This document shows, piece after piece, positions 50,082-62,957 of a stretch of DNA of 64,000 nucleotides; the first letter of the stretch is position 1, and the number at the start of each line of letters is the position of its first letter. The stretch comes from Balanoglossus misakiensis (taxonomy: Eukaryota; Animalia; Hemichordata): positions 3,092,699 to 3,156,698 of the forward strand of contig CM082581.2 of assembly GCA_040954595.2 (NCBI GenBank), in the 5' to 3' direction. The notes beneath the pieces were generated by a model. That model was not told the DNA's origin. It saw only the letters and a list, made by a program, of their open reading frames with translations, and made no database searches. The position numbers and the translations under genes were made by a program.

Positions 50082-53000
50082 ATGACTTCTGTAGAAGCGG
50101 AAAAATTGTTAAACTCTGATTGTTATAGGAAATGTAATTCATATTCTTACTCTGAGTTCTGCAACTTGGTTAGTAATACACCTATTTCTACATTCTCTAT
50201 ATCTCATTGTAATATTCGGTCCCTCAGTCGAAATTTTCATGACTTTAAACTGTTTTATGAATCACTTGATGAATCAAAAATCAAAGTTATAGCATTATCA
50301 GAGATCTGGCAGGTTCAAAATAAAGAGCTTTATTGTTTAGAAGGCTATCATTTGGAAGCAAAATGTCGAAATGACCAGCGGGGTGGGGGAGTTGGGGCAT
50401 ATATAGACTCATCTTTGAATTATACCTCCATTGAAGCGACTGTAAATCATTCTGAATCTATCTGGCTGAAATTTGACTTGCCAAAGAAGAAATCGCTCAT
50501 TCTTGGAGTAGTGTATAGGAAACCAAACACTAATATAGATGAAGTCCTTGAAAGTCTTGAATCTGTATTGACTGATATTGACCGCAAGAAGATGCAGTGC
50601 ATACTTGTGGGTGACTTTAATGTTAATGCGTATGATTTAAATGCATATGAAACGGTTGATCTTAATAATAGTATGTCTTCTTTTAATCTAACTCAAATGA
50701 TCACTATGCTAACACGTATATCAGATCATTCAGGAACGGTTATTGATCATATTTATACAAATATACATAGTCATTTTGTTAATTGTGGAACTATTGATGT
50801 TCATCTTGCTGACAATTTGCCTATATTTGCCATATTTGAGGATCTTCGTATCTACTTCCAAAAACCAAAGAGTGTTACCTTCAGGGACTACCGTAATTTT
50901 AACATAGATTTATTTCAAGATGAATTAAGTAGTGTCAATTGGACAGCTGTGTATGAGAGTACTGATGCTAATACAGCATATGACTCATTTTTAACCATTT
51001 TCTTGAATATTTGTAATAAGCATGCTCCACTGCTTTCTAAAAAGCTTAGTTCAAAAAGAAAAATACGGAAACCATGGATAACTGCTGGAATAAAAAAAAT
51101 CAATTGACCAGAAACACAAGCTATACTCAAATGTCTTAAAAACTAATTACCGGCCAGACGTCTTTACAAAATACAAATGCTACAAGAACATGCTTACAAA
51201 TATTCTGAAAAAGGCTAAGCAAAGTTATTATTCAGACCAGTTTACATACTATCAAGCAGATACTAGTAAGACATGGAAAATTATTAATGATATTTTGAGG
51301 GGTGGTGGTAAACATGTAAATCTACCAAGTAGTTTACACATGTCTTCAGCTGGTCGGCAGACTACCCTGATCACCCAGTGTGACATTGTCAATGGGTTTA
51401 ATGAGTTTTTTGTCCAAATTGGAGAGGCTCTTGCTAGTAGTATAACTCATTCAAACAGAAGTTACTTGTCATACTTATCACATTGTACATTGTATTCTTT
51501 TTTTCTTCAAGGAACCTATGAACAAGAAGTTTTTAAATTACTTCAAGCATTAGATAAGCGGAAGGCAGTGGGTTATGACTACATTAGCCCAAAATTGTTA
51601 ATAAATGCAGCATTATATATTTCTAAGCCTCTTAATTATATTATCAATTTAACATTCACAACTGGAATTTTCCCAGATTCCTTAAAAATAGCAAAAGTGA
51701 CTCCTATCTTCAAAAAAGGAGAGACGACTGATCCAGGTAATTATAGACCAGTGTCTGTATTGCCACAAATTAGTAAAAAAATTGAAAAAACTTATTAAAT
51801 TAATAAGCAAATTATTTCCTCTTTTAACAAATTTGATTTACTGTACCCTTACCAGTATGGCTTCAGAGAGAATTATAGTACTAAGTTGGCAATTGTGGTA
51901 CTAGCTCAGAAAATTCTGGACGAAATTGATATGGGAAATAAGGTCATCGGGATATTTCTTGACTTGAAGAAAGCATTTGATACCGTGAATCATGACATTT
52001 TGATAGACAAACTGGACAATTACGGTGTTAGGGGACTCCCTAAAAATCTTTTTGGCCAACAGAAGGCAACATGTAAATATTAATGGGGTACGATCAGATG
52101 AATTAAAAATATCCTGTGGAGTTCCACAAGGTTCTGTGCTTGGTCCAACACTTTTTCTCATCTATATAAATGATATTACAGGGGCAACAAGGTATTTTGA
52201 CGCTCGTCTATTTGCAGACGATACCAGTCTATTTCATACATTTGATTCAAGAAATATAATAGATCTTTCAGAAGTAAATTCACAATTGAAAAATGTTATA
52301 AACTGGTGTGATGCCAACAAATTAACTGTACACTCAAAGAAAACTGAATATGTTATTTTTAGAGGTAAGAACGTGTCAGTAGAGACAACAGGAGAAATTG
52401 ATGTTAAAGCGGTAACAATAGATGAAGTACAAACAACCAAGTATATTGGTGTAGAAATAGACAATAAGTTAACATGGAAACATCACATTAGAAATGTAAA
52501 CAGAATGATTAGTATGAAGACTGGTATTCTTTATAGGTTAAGGGATGTTGTCCCACAACATATTCTTATACTATTGTACAATTGTTTTATCCTTCCACAC
52601 ATTTCCTATGCTATAGAAACTTGGGGAAATACTTATTTATCTTTTTTGAGGCCAATACATCTCACACAGAAAAGAATTGTACATGTATTGGCGGGATCAG
52701 ACCGTCTTGCACACTCTTCACCATTGTTTAATGAGTTACATATTTTGAATGTATACAAGCAACGTGATCTTCAACTGTCCTTGTTTGTTCATGATGCTCT
52801 TAAGGATGTACGTTCAGTAAAATTGAAAGTATTGTCATTTTTTTAATTGTGAATTTTTGGATCCTCCTTTGTATGTATAATGAAAATCCGTAATAAAATA
52901 TAGGGGTCACCGCGCTTGTTTTTGAAATACACAGCCATGAATTTGGTCGATAATAGAAGAAAACTGATGACTCAGCATTTTTCACCAATGGTTTGTCTAT

Positions 53001-55381
53001 GGGCAAAATTTTTAACGCAATTTATCTCAAAATAGAGCGCGGTGACCCCTATATTTTATTTGACCAATGAATTTATATTTGCTGGACTGAGCTATGTGTA
53101 AAATTTCGTGAAAATGACAATAGTAGAAGTTTGTTTTCTAGCAATTTTTAATGTAATCCTATGGGAAAAAGACCGGGCCACTCTCAAAGCTGGGTACTTC
53201 ATTTGCATGCATAATTAGGGGTTTTATTTCAAATGAAGGACGCCCTCATCTCACCATCGGTGACCGTTAGACGATTTTTCAGCGAAGAAAAAATCGTCAA
53301 AATACAGTTAGAAAGGTGAGTGATTCTCATGATTTTGGTATCTTCCAAATGTTTAAGGTCTCCGGTTTCGCCCACGAAAAAAAATCGTGAAACTGACGCG
53401 TATTTTTTGAAACACGGGTTAAATACGAGTTTTGTAGGCCTGTGTACACGGCCTGCTAAAACACTGCGTCATTTTCATTGGCAAGCAATTATCATTATTT
53501 TATACCCAGAAATGTTGAGATTTGATATCAAAACATCGATATAAGAGAGATTTTTTGGTGTTCACGAGCATTTGATGTTCGTAATTAGCCATGGAAAAGT
53601 CACGATTTTAACCCTGTGAAATCCAGCATGGCGGCTGTGTGATGACGTTTACGTAGCCTGTACTATGTAGGCTGCAGCATTGATTGCGTTGATGTTAATG
53701 GGGATAAACACATTTCGGACATGTTTCAAAATTTCCGTCCATGATTGAAAATTTCTACATGTCAAGCAAATTACTTAGCCAACATTTGTTGTTTTACATT
53801 TCAGATTTCTGCCAACTGTGTCCAACCAGGTGACTGCTCGCACAGTCCGTGTCCTTGTCCACTGCATGCAGAGTGACGACCGATAGGCTACTCCCAGTCA
53901 AAGCGTACACTATGTACATGTATAATGTAATTCCTATATAAAACAGTGATGTTCCTTTTCATATCAAATTGATCTGTCAGTTTATTCTAGATTGTATGAT
54001 ACTGGTAAATTTGTACTGATTGTGACAATAAAACGTATAACAGGCTTTGTGGAATATGTACAAACTTTGTTTTCTTGAAACTCCTATCCTGGACTTGTAA
54101 ACTTTCCCACGCCAAACACGGGGATCAGCAAAGACAGATTGAAATTCACACACTTTGCTGTCCATATGTTTTAATAAATCATGCAGACTATGCACCTGAA
54201 TATTGTACAAAATACACAAATACCTGAACCCTTATGTCTACCCCCAGAGCAGGCTAATAGGGCCGATATACGCATGTGTGCGGGCGTTTCTAGCCGTGCG
54301 TACAGGTCTGTGAACGTGAGTTGCCGGCGCGTTACACGGAAGTGTGACGCCGGGAACACAAAGATCTGTGCGCAGGCCAGGGCGTGTTGATTTGCGGTCC
54401 CGATGTGGACACTGGCGAAGCCTGTCCTTCTCAGTGAGATTGTACGTGAAACCATAGACAGTAGAGGTGAAACACGTCGGGCTTACGGCAATATTTGTGA
54501 CCCCAATTGCCCAACAGATGATTTATTATCACCAAAATACGTCTAAGTAGATCGAAAGGCTTATTCTTACTGTGAAGCCCTATGTTCAATTTTACTTCCG
54601 CGTTCCTGGTCGAGGTCGATTTCACGCTGCACCGCAGGACAAAACACTGCGTCAGTTTCGTTGGCAAGGACGCAGAACCCTCAAACTTGCCACAAGTGTT
54701 TATGCATATCTATTAAATATTTTTCCCAAATATGAAGTGTGTTCACGACCTGTAACCTTAGTAAATCGGGACTTAAATCGGAGAATTACCTTTCAGTCAG
54801 AGTGGGTCAAAGTATGGCGACGATGACAGCAGAAGTTTTTACAAAAATCGGCCTCTTGCGTTTTATTATACATTCTAAAACTGTTGTTTATGAAAATTAG
54901 ATATACAGTTTACCTAAAACCGATGAGATTTTCGCCGGTCAATCAACCAGTGACGAGAAAATCAAGTTCAAACCTGCACAACTCTCCCGCTCATATGCGC
55001 GCTGATTCTGCACTTTGGCCTCGCATGCCCAAGCGAAATCTCATTAGCATGTCATTTGCATCAAAGAAAATATGCTGATTTCGGACCCATGTTTCAGAGT
55101 GGGGCGCGCAGTGTTTCCGGTTTATGTTCTGCGCGTACATCCTTAATGGCAAGCTTCCACCAGGATTTTCAGAGTATTTCGTTCCTATTCAACATTCTTA
55201 TCATACCAGATCAAAAGATATAGGCGATCTTCTTATTCCGAAATATAACAGTAATGCTGGCCAACATTCCATAAAGTACACTGCAGCAAAGGTTTGGAAT
55301 AAACTTCCTGAAAATATGCGCTCAACAAGGTCAAAATTTTCATTTAAGAAACAGATGAAATCCTTGTTAGGAAAAGTATAG
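50082..55381 (+). pseudogene. LINE ORF2: AP endonuclease plus reverse transcriptase, with frameshifts/stops
   Basis: HCNIRSL, ALSEIW, GDFN, DHIY; NYRPVSVLP, FLDLKKAFDTVNH, GVPQGSVLGPTLF, FADDT. Reading resumes after the insertion (HDAL|NGKLPPGF) to the stop at 55381. Confidence 0.93.
52804..55142. mobile_element. Kolobok-like non-autonomous element (2.3 kb) in LINE ORF2
   Basis: TTAA|GGATGTACGttCAG ... CTGcgCGTACATCC|TTAA; removal restores the ORF2 frame. Confidence 0.87.
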
Positions 55382-55637
55382 TTTGACTTTTATTTTTTCC
55401 TTTTGTATGTATTACTAACCAAGTGTTCTACTGTTCACCATGAGGGGGTGGACTTGACTGGTGCGAATGCACTATTTTTCCTACCTCCTTTTTTCACTTA
55501 ATTAGTACATTTTTTTTTCACCATTTGATGTAAAAAAATTGAAAGTGAAATAAATTTGATTGATTGATTGATTGATTGATTGAAATGAGTTGTCACCTCA
55601 GATGAAATCATTTACGGTGCGAAGTGTCATTAGAGAA

Positions 55638-56300
55638 CACCCTGTACAAAATATACTTATAAGAAACTTATAAGAAACTTATAGGATTCTTATAAGATTC
55701 TTATAAGTATTTTGTATGCAAATTAGTAAGAAAAATATAATAAATATGATTACAACCTCCTCTGTTTCTTATAAGAATTATGTAAGATTCTTGCTAATTT
55801 GCATACAAAATACTTATAAGAAGTAAGTGGGATATTTATATGAAATTTATCTATTTCTTATGCATTTCTTGCTAATTTGCATACAAAAAACTTATAAGAA
55901 ATTTATAAGAATGTCTTAGGCTTCTTATAAAATACTTATAAGAAAGTTATCAGAATATCTTGGTCTTCTTATAAGATTCTTATAAGATATATAGTTCTAG
56001 ATTTATAAGAAATTCATCTATTTCTTATACATTTCTTGCTAATTTGCATACATTTTCTTATAAGACAGTTATGAGAATGGCCTAGGCTTCCTATAAGATC
56101 TTGTAAGAAATTATCTGGGATATATATAAGAAATGTATCCATTTCTTATACATTTCTTGCTAATTTGCATATATAATTCTTATAAGAAAGTTATGAGAAT
56201 GACCTAGGTTTCCTATAAGTTTCTTATAAGAAATTGCTGGGGACAATCATTATATTTGTCCATTTCTTGCATAATTTTCATACAAAACAGTTACAGAAAT
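55638..56300. mobile_element. EnSpm/CACTA-like terminus with dense CTTATAAG subterminal repeats
   Basis: Starts CACCCTGTACAAAA; many palindromic cttataag and ttcttgctaatttgcata units. The partner end was not identified. Confidence 0.6.
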
Positions 56301-58025
56301 GTTATAATTATATTTCTAGATCTTATGGATATTTTGTATGGACATTGGGCGAGAATTGGAAAAGAGACGTACAATTTTCTTAGTACATTCTGCTTTAAAA
56401 ACATACATTTTTATACATTTCTGGATCAATTCTCATGACAAAGTCATCAGAGGGTTCCCATTGTCTTTTATCAAATTAGTGGCATATATTACTAAAAGTT
56501 ACTAAAAACATTCTAATCATAACAAACATACGCACATCAGATGACTGCTTTTAGATCCCATGTAGATAAGTTTACAAGGAAAACACAAACAATTGTAGCA
56601 ATCTGTGTCACAACTGTAACAAAGTTATCTTGATGATTCACACAAATATCCTTATTTGGACAAAGTGTACTGAACCATGATGCAACTTTAACATATTGCA
56701 AAGTTGGAGAGAAATAAAATTTGTGGTTGCACGCCAATGCCCTAACTTCATGCCATGGACACCTGTGAGCTTACTGTACTTTATGACTATATGTTCAATG
56801 TTGTATAGTATGTTCTATTTTTCATTTTAATCAAAATTACACTAAGACAATGTGAAAAGATAAAATGTTAGGAGAGTACCTCAAGTGACATTGTATGACT
56901 ATATGAGTAGCGAAATAGACGCCAGTATTGACGGCCGACAAGTCTAAATAGTGGATGATGATATAATAATCATCAACTGTAAATGCGGGCTAAATGCCAT
57001 CAACTCATTGCATGCAATGTCCAGTACACACAGTGAAGACAAACTATATAAGAAATTAGAATCAATTTTTTAATATACATGTATGTCAACTTATCATCTA
57101 CTGTGTCTTGTTCTGTTATGTAAAGCATGTTGAAAAAGTAAATTTCTGAATGTTTAAAGCCTCAGTATTTCTCATAGGGGCAAAATTTTGTTTGAAACGG
57201 CATCTATAATTTCTAAAAGTAGATGATAATTGATACTGAATCGAACAGTCATCATCCCCAGCTGTGCTCATAAACTCATACAATTTACAATATAACGAGT
57301 GAAGAATGACTTTCTGTCCGGACAGAAAGTCAGGCTCTGTTGACACACGTGACTAGTGCGCATGCGCACTCCAATGTGAATCTATGCGGAAGAGGTTTGG
57401 TCGCCCCAAATCAAGCGACTCAGCGAAGAAATGCGCACTAATTCGGCAAAATTTTGGGAAGATAACTTTATGGGAGAAATCAGTCGATGGAACCAGATCA
57501 AATCCGAAAATGGTCTGACCATCAAATGTCAAAGTGACACGTTTGCTGATCGACATGTACAACATTTCCGTTGTAAACAAACCCGCGCATCATTTCAAGT
57601 GTTACGGGCAATATTTACAGCTTGCACGTAGCTACAGTTGCCCAAACCTTTCTTCTATCTTCATTATGTAGTATTCCATGGTGAATGTACAGGAAAAACG
57701 GGCATTTTTCGATGATGAAAAATGGATACACACGAGAAATACTGGGGCTTTAATAGTTACAGTGTAATTGTTCACACTTTGATTGAAGCCTGGGACTTTG
57801 ACATGCAGATCAAAAATACTGAACAAACTATACAACAGTAAAAGCTGTTATCCTTCATCTATATGACAGGCAATCAAGATTTCATTATAATGGCCCATAT
57901 GGGGGGGCCTAAACCTCATGCAACAGGCATTTTCCTCCCCTGTCTACGACCAGCTTGATTAAAAAAGTGAAAATGGCGAAGCCAAAAAACAACAAACATT
58001 ACGGTCCATGTGGAAACAAAAACCT

Positions 58026-59460
58026 CTACAGTGTTCCACTGGCTGCCACAGTCTTCTTCAGCTTTTTACGTGTGTCTGCACTCTGACAGTTGATGACTTG
58101 GACCACTTCCCTCGCTGTGAATTTGGGGCATTTTGACATCACAAATCCTAGTTTTAAAAAAAGACAAAAAGCCATTTTACTATAATACTAGTAATTGAAA
58201 GTTCGTAATTTACGACTGACTGTACCCATTCTTAACTGCCTTATGATGGGAAAAAATTAAATAATAAAGCCACCATAAGCACTACTCTAGAAAACAAGTC
58301 AGAAAAATTTACAGATTAGACAAATGCAGCCACTTACTCGCTGATTTTTCAATCACATGACATTTGTACATTGTGAACTGTACACATTGGGTTCCCCTAT
58401 ACCAGGGTTTTAAGAAAATATATTCTTTTAGGGGTTTAAGAAATAGACAGAAAAATACAATTCCTGAAAGGGTCCATTTTATATTTTGCATCATTTAAGT
58501 AAAAATGGCCAGTAGATCATATAAGAGGGAGTAAATTCAATGATATGTAGGCAATGTATGATTCCAACGTACCTTTGATGGCCTGTACAATATGTACACG
58601 TAGTCCAGGACGCATCCTGCTACCCTCAGCACAAGAATCTGCTAATTTTTGTGGAGTAAAAAACACTTAAAGCAGATTTCTGACAAGCTTGGCGGGGGGG
58701 GCCTTTGCTGCGGCAAGGCTAGAATCGCGATGTACTCTCCGGATGAGTACACCCCCACCAATATCCACCATCTCAGCTGAATCTGTTGTTGCCTGAATGA
58801 TATGGAAATTCAAAACAAAATGATAAGTACAAGATTTACAATTTTTACACTATAATCTGAATCTACACATGTTATAAAACATAATTTTTTGTGACAAACT
58901 AGTTACACCTCTTGTGTATTTTATTCAAGAGGTTTAGTGATATACATGTATGACATCGCTTGAAGATACATACACGAACCTGCTTTGGGGATGGTGTTGG
59001 TTCAGCTGGTGGTGTTGTTGTTGTTGTTGTTGTCCATTCAGATGTTGATGTACCGGTAGATGACTGCTGGCTTGATAGTAAATCAACAAACTCTCTGACA
59101 GCTGGGCTTACCATCATACACACCAGCTTACCGCAGACACATTTATCATCAGAAGGGCGAGGTTTCATTTCAAGCGTGGAAATTCTTGTTTCCAATTGTG
59201 CAATTTTAGTGTTTTTCATTTTCAGTGAAAGTTGCAGGTTTTTGATTTTCTCCTGTGATTCCTTCAGCTGGCTTCCAGATTCAACTACATACATCCTCAG
59301 TGATTTCGTCAGAAGAGGTGGGGTGGTTGGCCAGCATTTTGCTGACTATAATTTTTTGTGCAGCAATTTGTGCCTGTTTTTCTTTTCTTTTTTCTGTATT
59401 TGAATGTTTCTTTTCCGTCTGTTCCATATCATTTTTGCTCTTCTTTGCTTTTGGTGTCTA
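58026..59460 (-). pseudogene. Spliced coiled-coil plus BEN-domain gene (probably TE accessory gene), disrupted
   Basis: Exons about 59460-58980, 58792-58573 and 58147-58026 with phase-consistent GT-AG. KLVRNLL*VFFTPQKLADSCAEG...VQAIK|GFVMSKC...VINCQSADTRK is BEN-like; in-frame TAA. Confidence 0.68.
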
Positions 59461-59629
59461 AGATAAACCAGTATTTTATGACTAGTGTTAAATACATCTC
59501 ATTTCACATTGGACATGCTCATCACTAAACCGAATTAGGGGAAAGCAAGACATTTATTGCAAAAACAACAAATGCTATTGATATTGACGAATTGCCATGG
59601 CAACACGGTCCGGTGAGGCATGTAATAAA

Positions 59630-60912
59630 CTCTGTTATCATATGCTCATGCTGATATCACCTCCTCCTAGTGACGTTTAACGTGAATATCACCTCGTTTA
59701 GTGTGAAATATCACCCGGTGATATTTCACACTAAACGTCATCATTTCTTGCGCTGATACCCGGAACTATATTCATGAAAATGGCGACCTTAAAATGTAAA
59801 CAAACATAACCCGATACAGGGCCCGCTTTCATGAGATTTGATATACCGGTAGTCAACATCGAAAATCATGGGGTTTTGATGGCCACGGACGTGTGTTATA
59901 AATAAAAGATCTATCTTGTGTGATTGATTTGGAAAAAAAACACGATTGTTAGTTACACCAGTAAAAAAATACCATCGCCTCGCTCAGACAGCAGGAAGAG
60001 ATGTCAAACATCCTCGCTCCATCTTCATCCAAACACGTCGAAAATCGGGCAATTTCACGTGTGAAATCTGCTTCGATCAGTTCAAGTACGTGTCAGATGG
60101 AAGCGGCGACAACGGGTGGTATATTTAGCGATGCACTTATATATGGCGGCTCGTTCAATATCTGTTTCCAATGCGACGTCGACGGGATCAACCTCTATGA
60201 CACATAGTACAGCCCGTACAAACGACGCCGTCGTGCAGTCAAATATGACTCTCCGTGCTCATCAGAAAATTCACAAAATTGAGCAGACTTTGAGACGCTT
60301 GAACTTTGAAATGAAAGGCCTCTGGCTTTATTTGCAATTTAACTAATTTCATATCGATTTTGAATCTCATCGCGATGTTCATGACGTTCACTTGTTCGTT
60401 GTTGTTGCACACTGCCAAAAGTTCAATTTTCAAACGTTTTGTTGTTTTGCATGAGGCAGAGCGGTCCTTGAACAATTTATTGTTCTAAAACATCTTTGAC
60501 TTACCGATGTTGTCGTTTCCTACCGCTATTTTACATCTTAAAAGTTATCCTCATACTGTTACATAACCACTACGCTAGGGCTACACTTGAAAATGGCGCA
60601 TCACGTCAACATCATCAGTCATGAATGAAGCCGATTTACAATGTTGATGAAATATCAATGCGCTAGGCGGAATAAAATAATTCATAAAAATTAAAATATT
60701 CTCGCTTTAATTTTTCATTTTTCTTGTAAATTCCGAGGTTTGAGCATATGATAAATCGGTTATCGCCCCATATCACCTCTTGTTGGGCCATATTTGCCGC
60801 TCGTGTGGGTTGTGAGCTGCATCACACTCGTCTTCGACTCGTGTGATGCGGCTCACAACCCACCCTCGCGTCAAATATGGCCCAACAAGAGGTGATATGG
60901 GGCGATAACCTC
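59630..60912 (+). mobile_element. Crypton-like non-autonomous element with long terminal palindrome
   Basis: ttatcatatgctc / gagcatatgataa inverted pair; ~155-bp palindrome 60757-60910; relic IASLRQQEEMSNIL...IFSDALIYGGSFNI resembles CryptonA recombinase C-termini. Confidence 0.55.
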
Positions 60913-60914
60913 AT

Positions 60915-61650
60915 AGTATGACGTCAGACGTAGGTAAATTTGCACCAAGCGTTATTGTAATACCCATCCCTCTGACGTCACCAAACGGAACTATTTTAAA
61001 CTTGTAAACAAAGTCCTCTTAGGGCGACAAAATTCAGTGCAATTGTTGGTTTTATTTCGACATTAAAAAATAAGCAAAGATAAATAAAATGTTTCGTATG
61101 TGTAAAAATGGACGATCGACGATTAGTTTTACCTGTGTACATTTTTATCGCACCAAAGCTGTCGCGAGGTCGTCAGTGCTGAGCCAATGTCGTCGCGTTG
61201 TCGAACGAGCGACAGGTACAAAACTGAGTATTCGCAAAAATTTTGATGCGACGATTAGAGCAAAACGGTCTAGTCTTAAAGCAAAAGGCATAAGAAAGGT
61301 TTCCTGCTCCAGTGAAACCTTGACGGACGATGAAATCCTGCTGACGCACGACAGATGGGTCCTCGCCAAAACCTGAGTCACCTGACAGATAGACCGCATA
61401 ACATCGATCTTCAATTTTGCACAAAATAGTTCCAAATTTTATCGCAACCACAAAGAGATTTATTTGAAAATCAAAATTAGCGGATCTATGTATGTGATAA
61501 ACATATAATTTCCCCGTATTCCTCACTCGTGTACCTGCGTCGCGAACTCGTGATTCCCCGTATAGCTGTATCTGATACGGCCGCTATACGGGGAATCACG
61601 CGTCCGCGACGCAGGCACACTCGTTCGAAATACGGGGGAATTATATATAA
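60915..61650 (+). mobile_element. Second palindrome-ended non-autonomous element (Crypton-like)
   Basis: ~145-bp imperfect palindrome 61505-61648 (tataatttccccgtatt ... aatacgggggaattata). Confidence 0.45.
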
Positions 61651-62957
61651 GAATTATCCAATATTTGAAATAGCAGCTGTCATTGTAATAACCTGTCAAT
61701 CAACACAGTGTTTGGTTGCAAACAATTCAAGATGGACAACATGCAACTAGTCAGAAATCCCGACTGGTGTTTTTTTCCGCTGGGCTTACAGCGAAATTAA
61801 ACGCCAGTCCGGATTCCAGACCATCATGCAACCAACATTATGAAGTAAAATGTTAAATCTACTTTCATTCCGATAAATTTATTGTATTAATGTAGTGCAA
61901 GTCAGTCCATACTTCCTCAAAGTATCGTTCAAATATAGGTCCCCTTTCCACACTATAAGGCCTGCGTGGTGCTGCATAAAGAATGGGCGCATCTCTTGTT
62001 ACCGCCACCGACCGACACAGTAATAATATACTGTTCCAGATATATTCTCCTGCTCAATTTTATTTTTTTATTATATGTTACAGCTTGTGCGACCATATAT
62101 AACGGTTAACATAGAATAAGCTATGAGTCTGTTTGGGCGTGATCATATAGACGGGAATCTGTCATGTAAACAGGTCACCATCTGCGACCAACGAACAATA
62201 AATGTTACCATCGCTCCTCCATGGCTAAAAATGACTCCGAAGTGACGATAAAACAACAATCGGAAAGGAGCGTCTATCCACTTTGTAGTCATTACATTAC
62301 TCATGGGGACTATTGACTTACGAGGAAAAGACACATCGACCCTTCAGGCGTTTTGTACCCTCAACAGTGTAAGTAATGCTGTATTCATTTTGCAAGCAAA
62401 ATGCAGGAGTGTCTCCCACAGCGTATACTTCTTCATCGCAGCAAGAGAACCAGAGGCAAATTTCAGAACATTCTTGTACCATCAGATATCTGAAAGCCAC
62501 TGATACAGGGTCTGAATAAGTGTGACCGATTTTTTAGCTGTATTGACAGGCCTGAAACCGGGACGACAGTAAAAGACTGCATATGCAGTGTTGTGATTTT
62601 CTGGCTACAGGCCAATCCGGGGCTGTGAACCAACATGAGCAAAGGAGTGAAACGTGGGCGTGTGAACACATACGCCTATATCTGACGAAATTGTATTTTA
62701 GGTACTCGGTTGTACTTAGTGCCGAGTCCATGATTCCTGTTCCGAGGCCTGAAATTTCGCCAGGTATGCAGGTGTCCATATTCTCACAGAAATGTAACAA
62801 TTTTGATGACAGAAGTGTAAAGAGATACCTTACCGAGCAATATATTTTTCTGAGCAATTGGCTCCAAAATTATGATATACATGTACTAGTACATACCTTC
62901 AAAATCGTGATACTAGTATTACATAGTGGTTTTTGTTCATTTTGCAGAAATATAGCG

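Larger units (their letters stand above)
48900..55583 (+). mobile_element. Near full-length CR1-group (L2/Crack-like) LINE, interrupted by a TTAA element; 5' end approximate
   Basis: ORF1, then APE-RT ORF2, 3' UTR, AATAAA and (TTGA)n tail at about 55549-55583. Confidence 0.9.

Noticed and set aside
52804-55142. piggyBac assignment for the TTAA elements, and ORFs inside this element
   Set aside because: Termini are GG/AG rather than CC(C/T), which fits Kolobok better; the internal ORFs are short and featureless.
62318-62440. ETLLHFAC ankyrin-like peptide on the minus strand
   Set aside because: Single short motif in a ~30-codon frame with no supporting repeats or exon structure.
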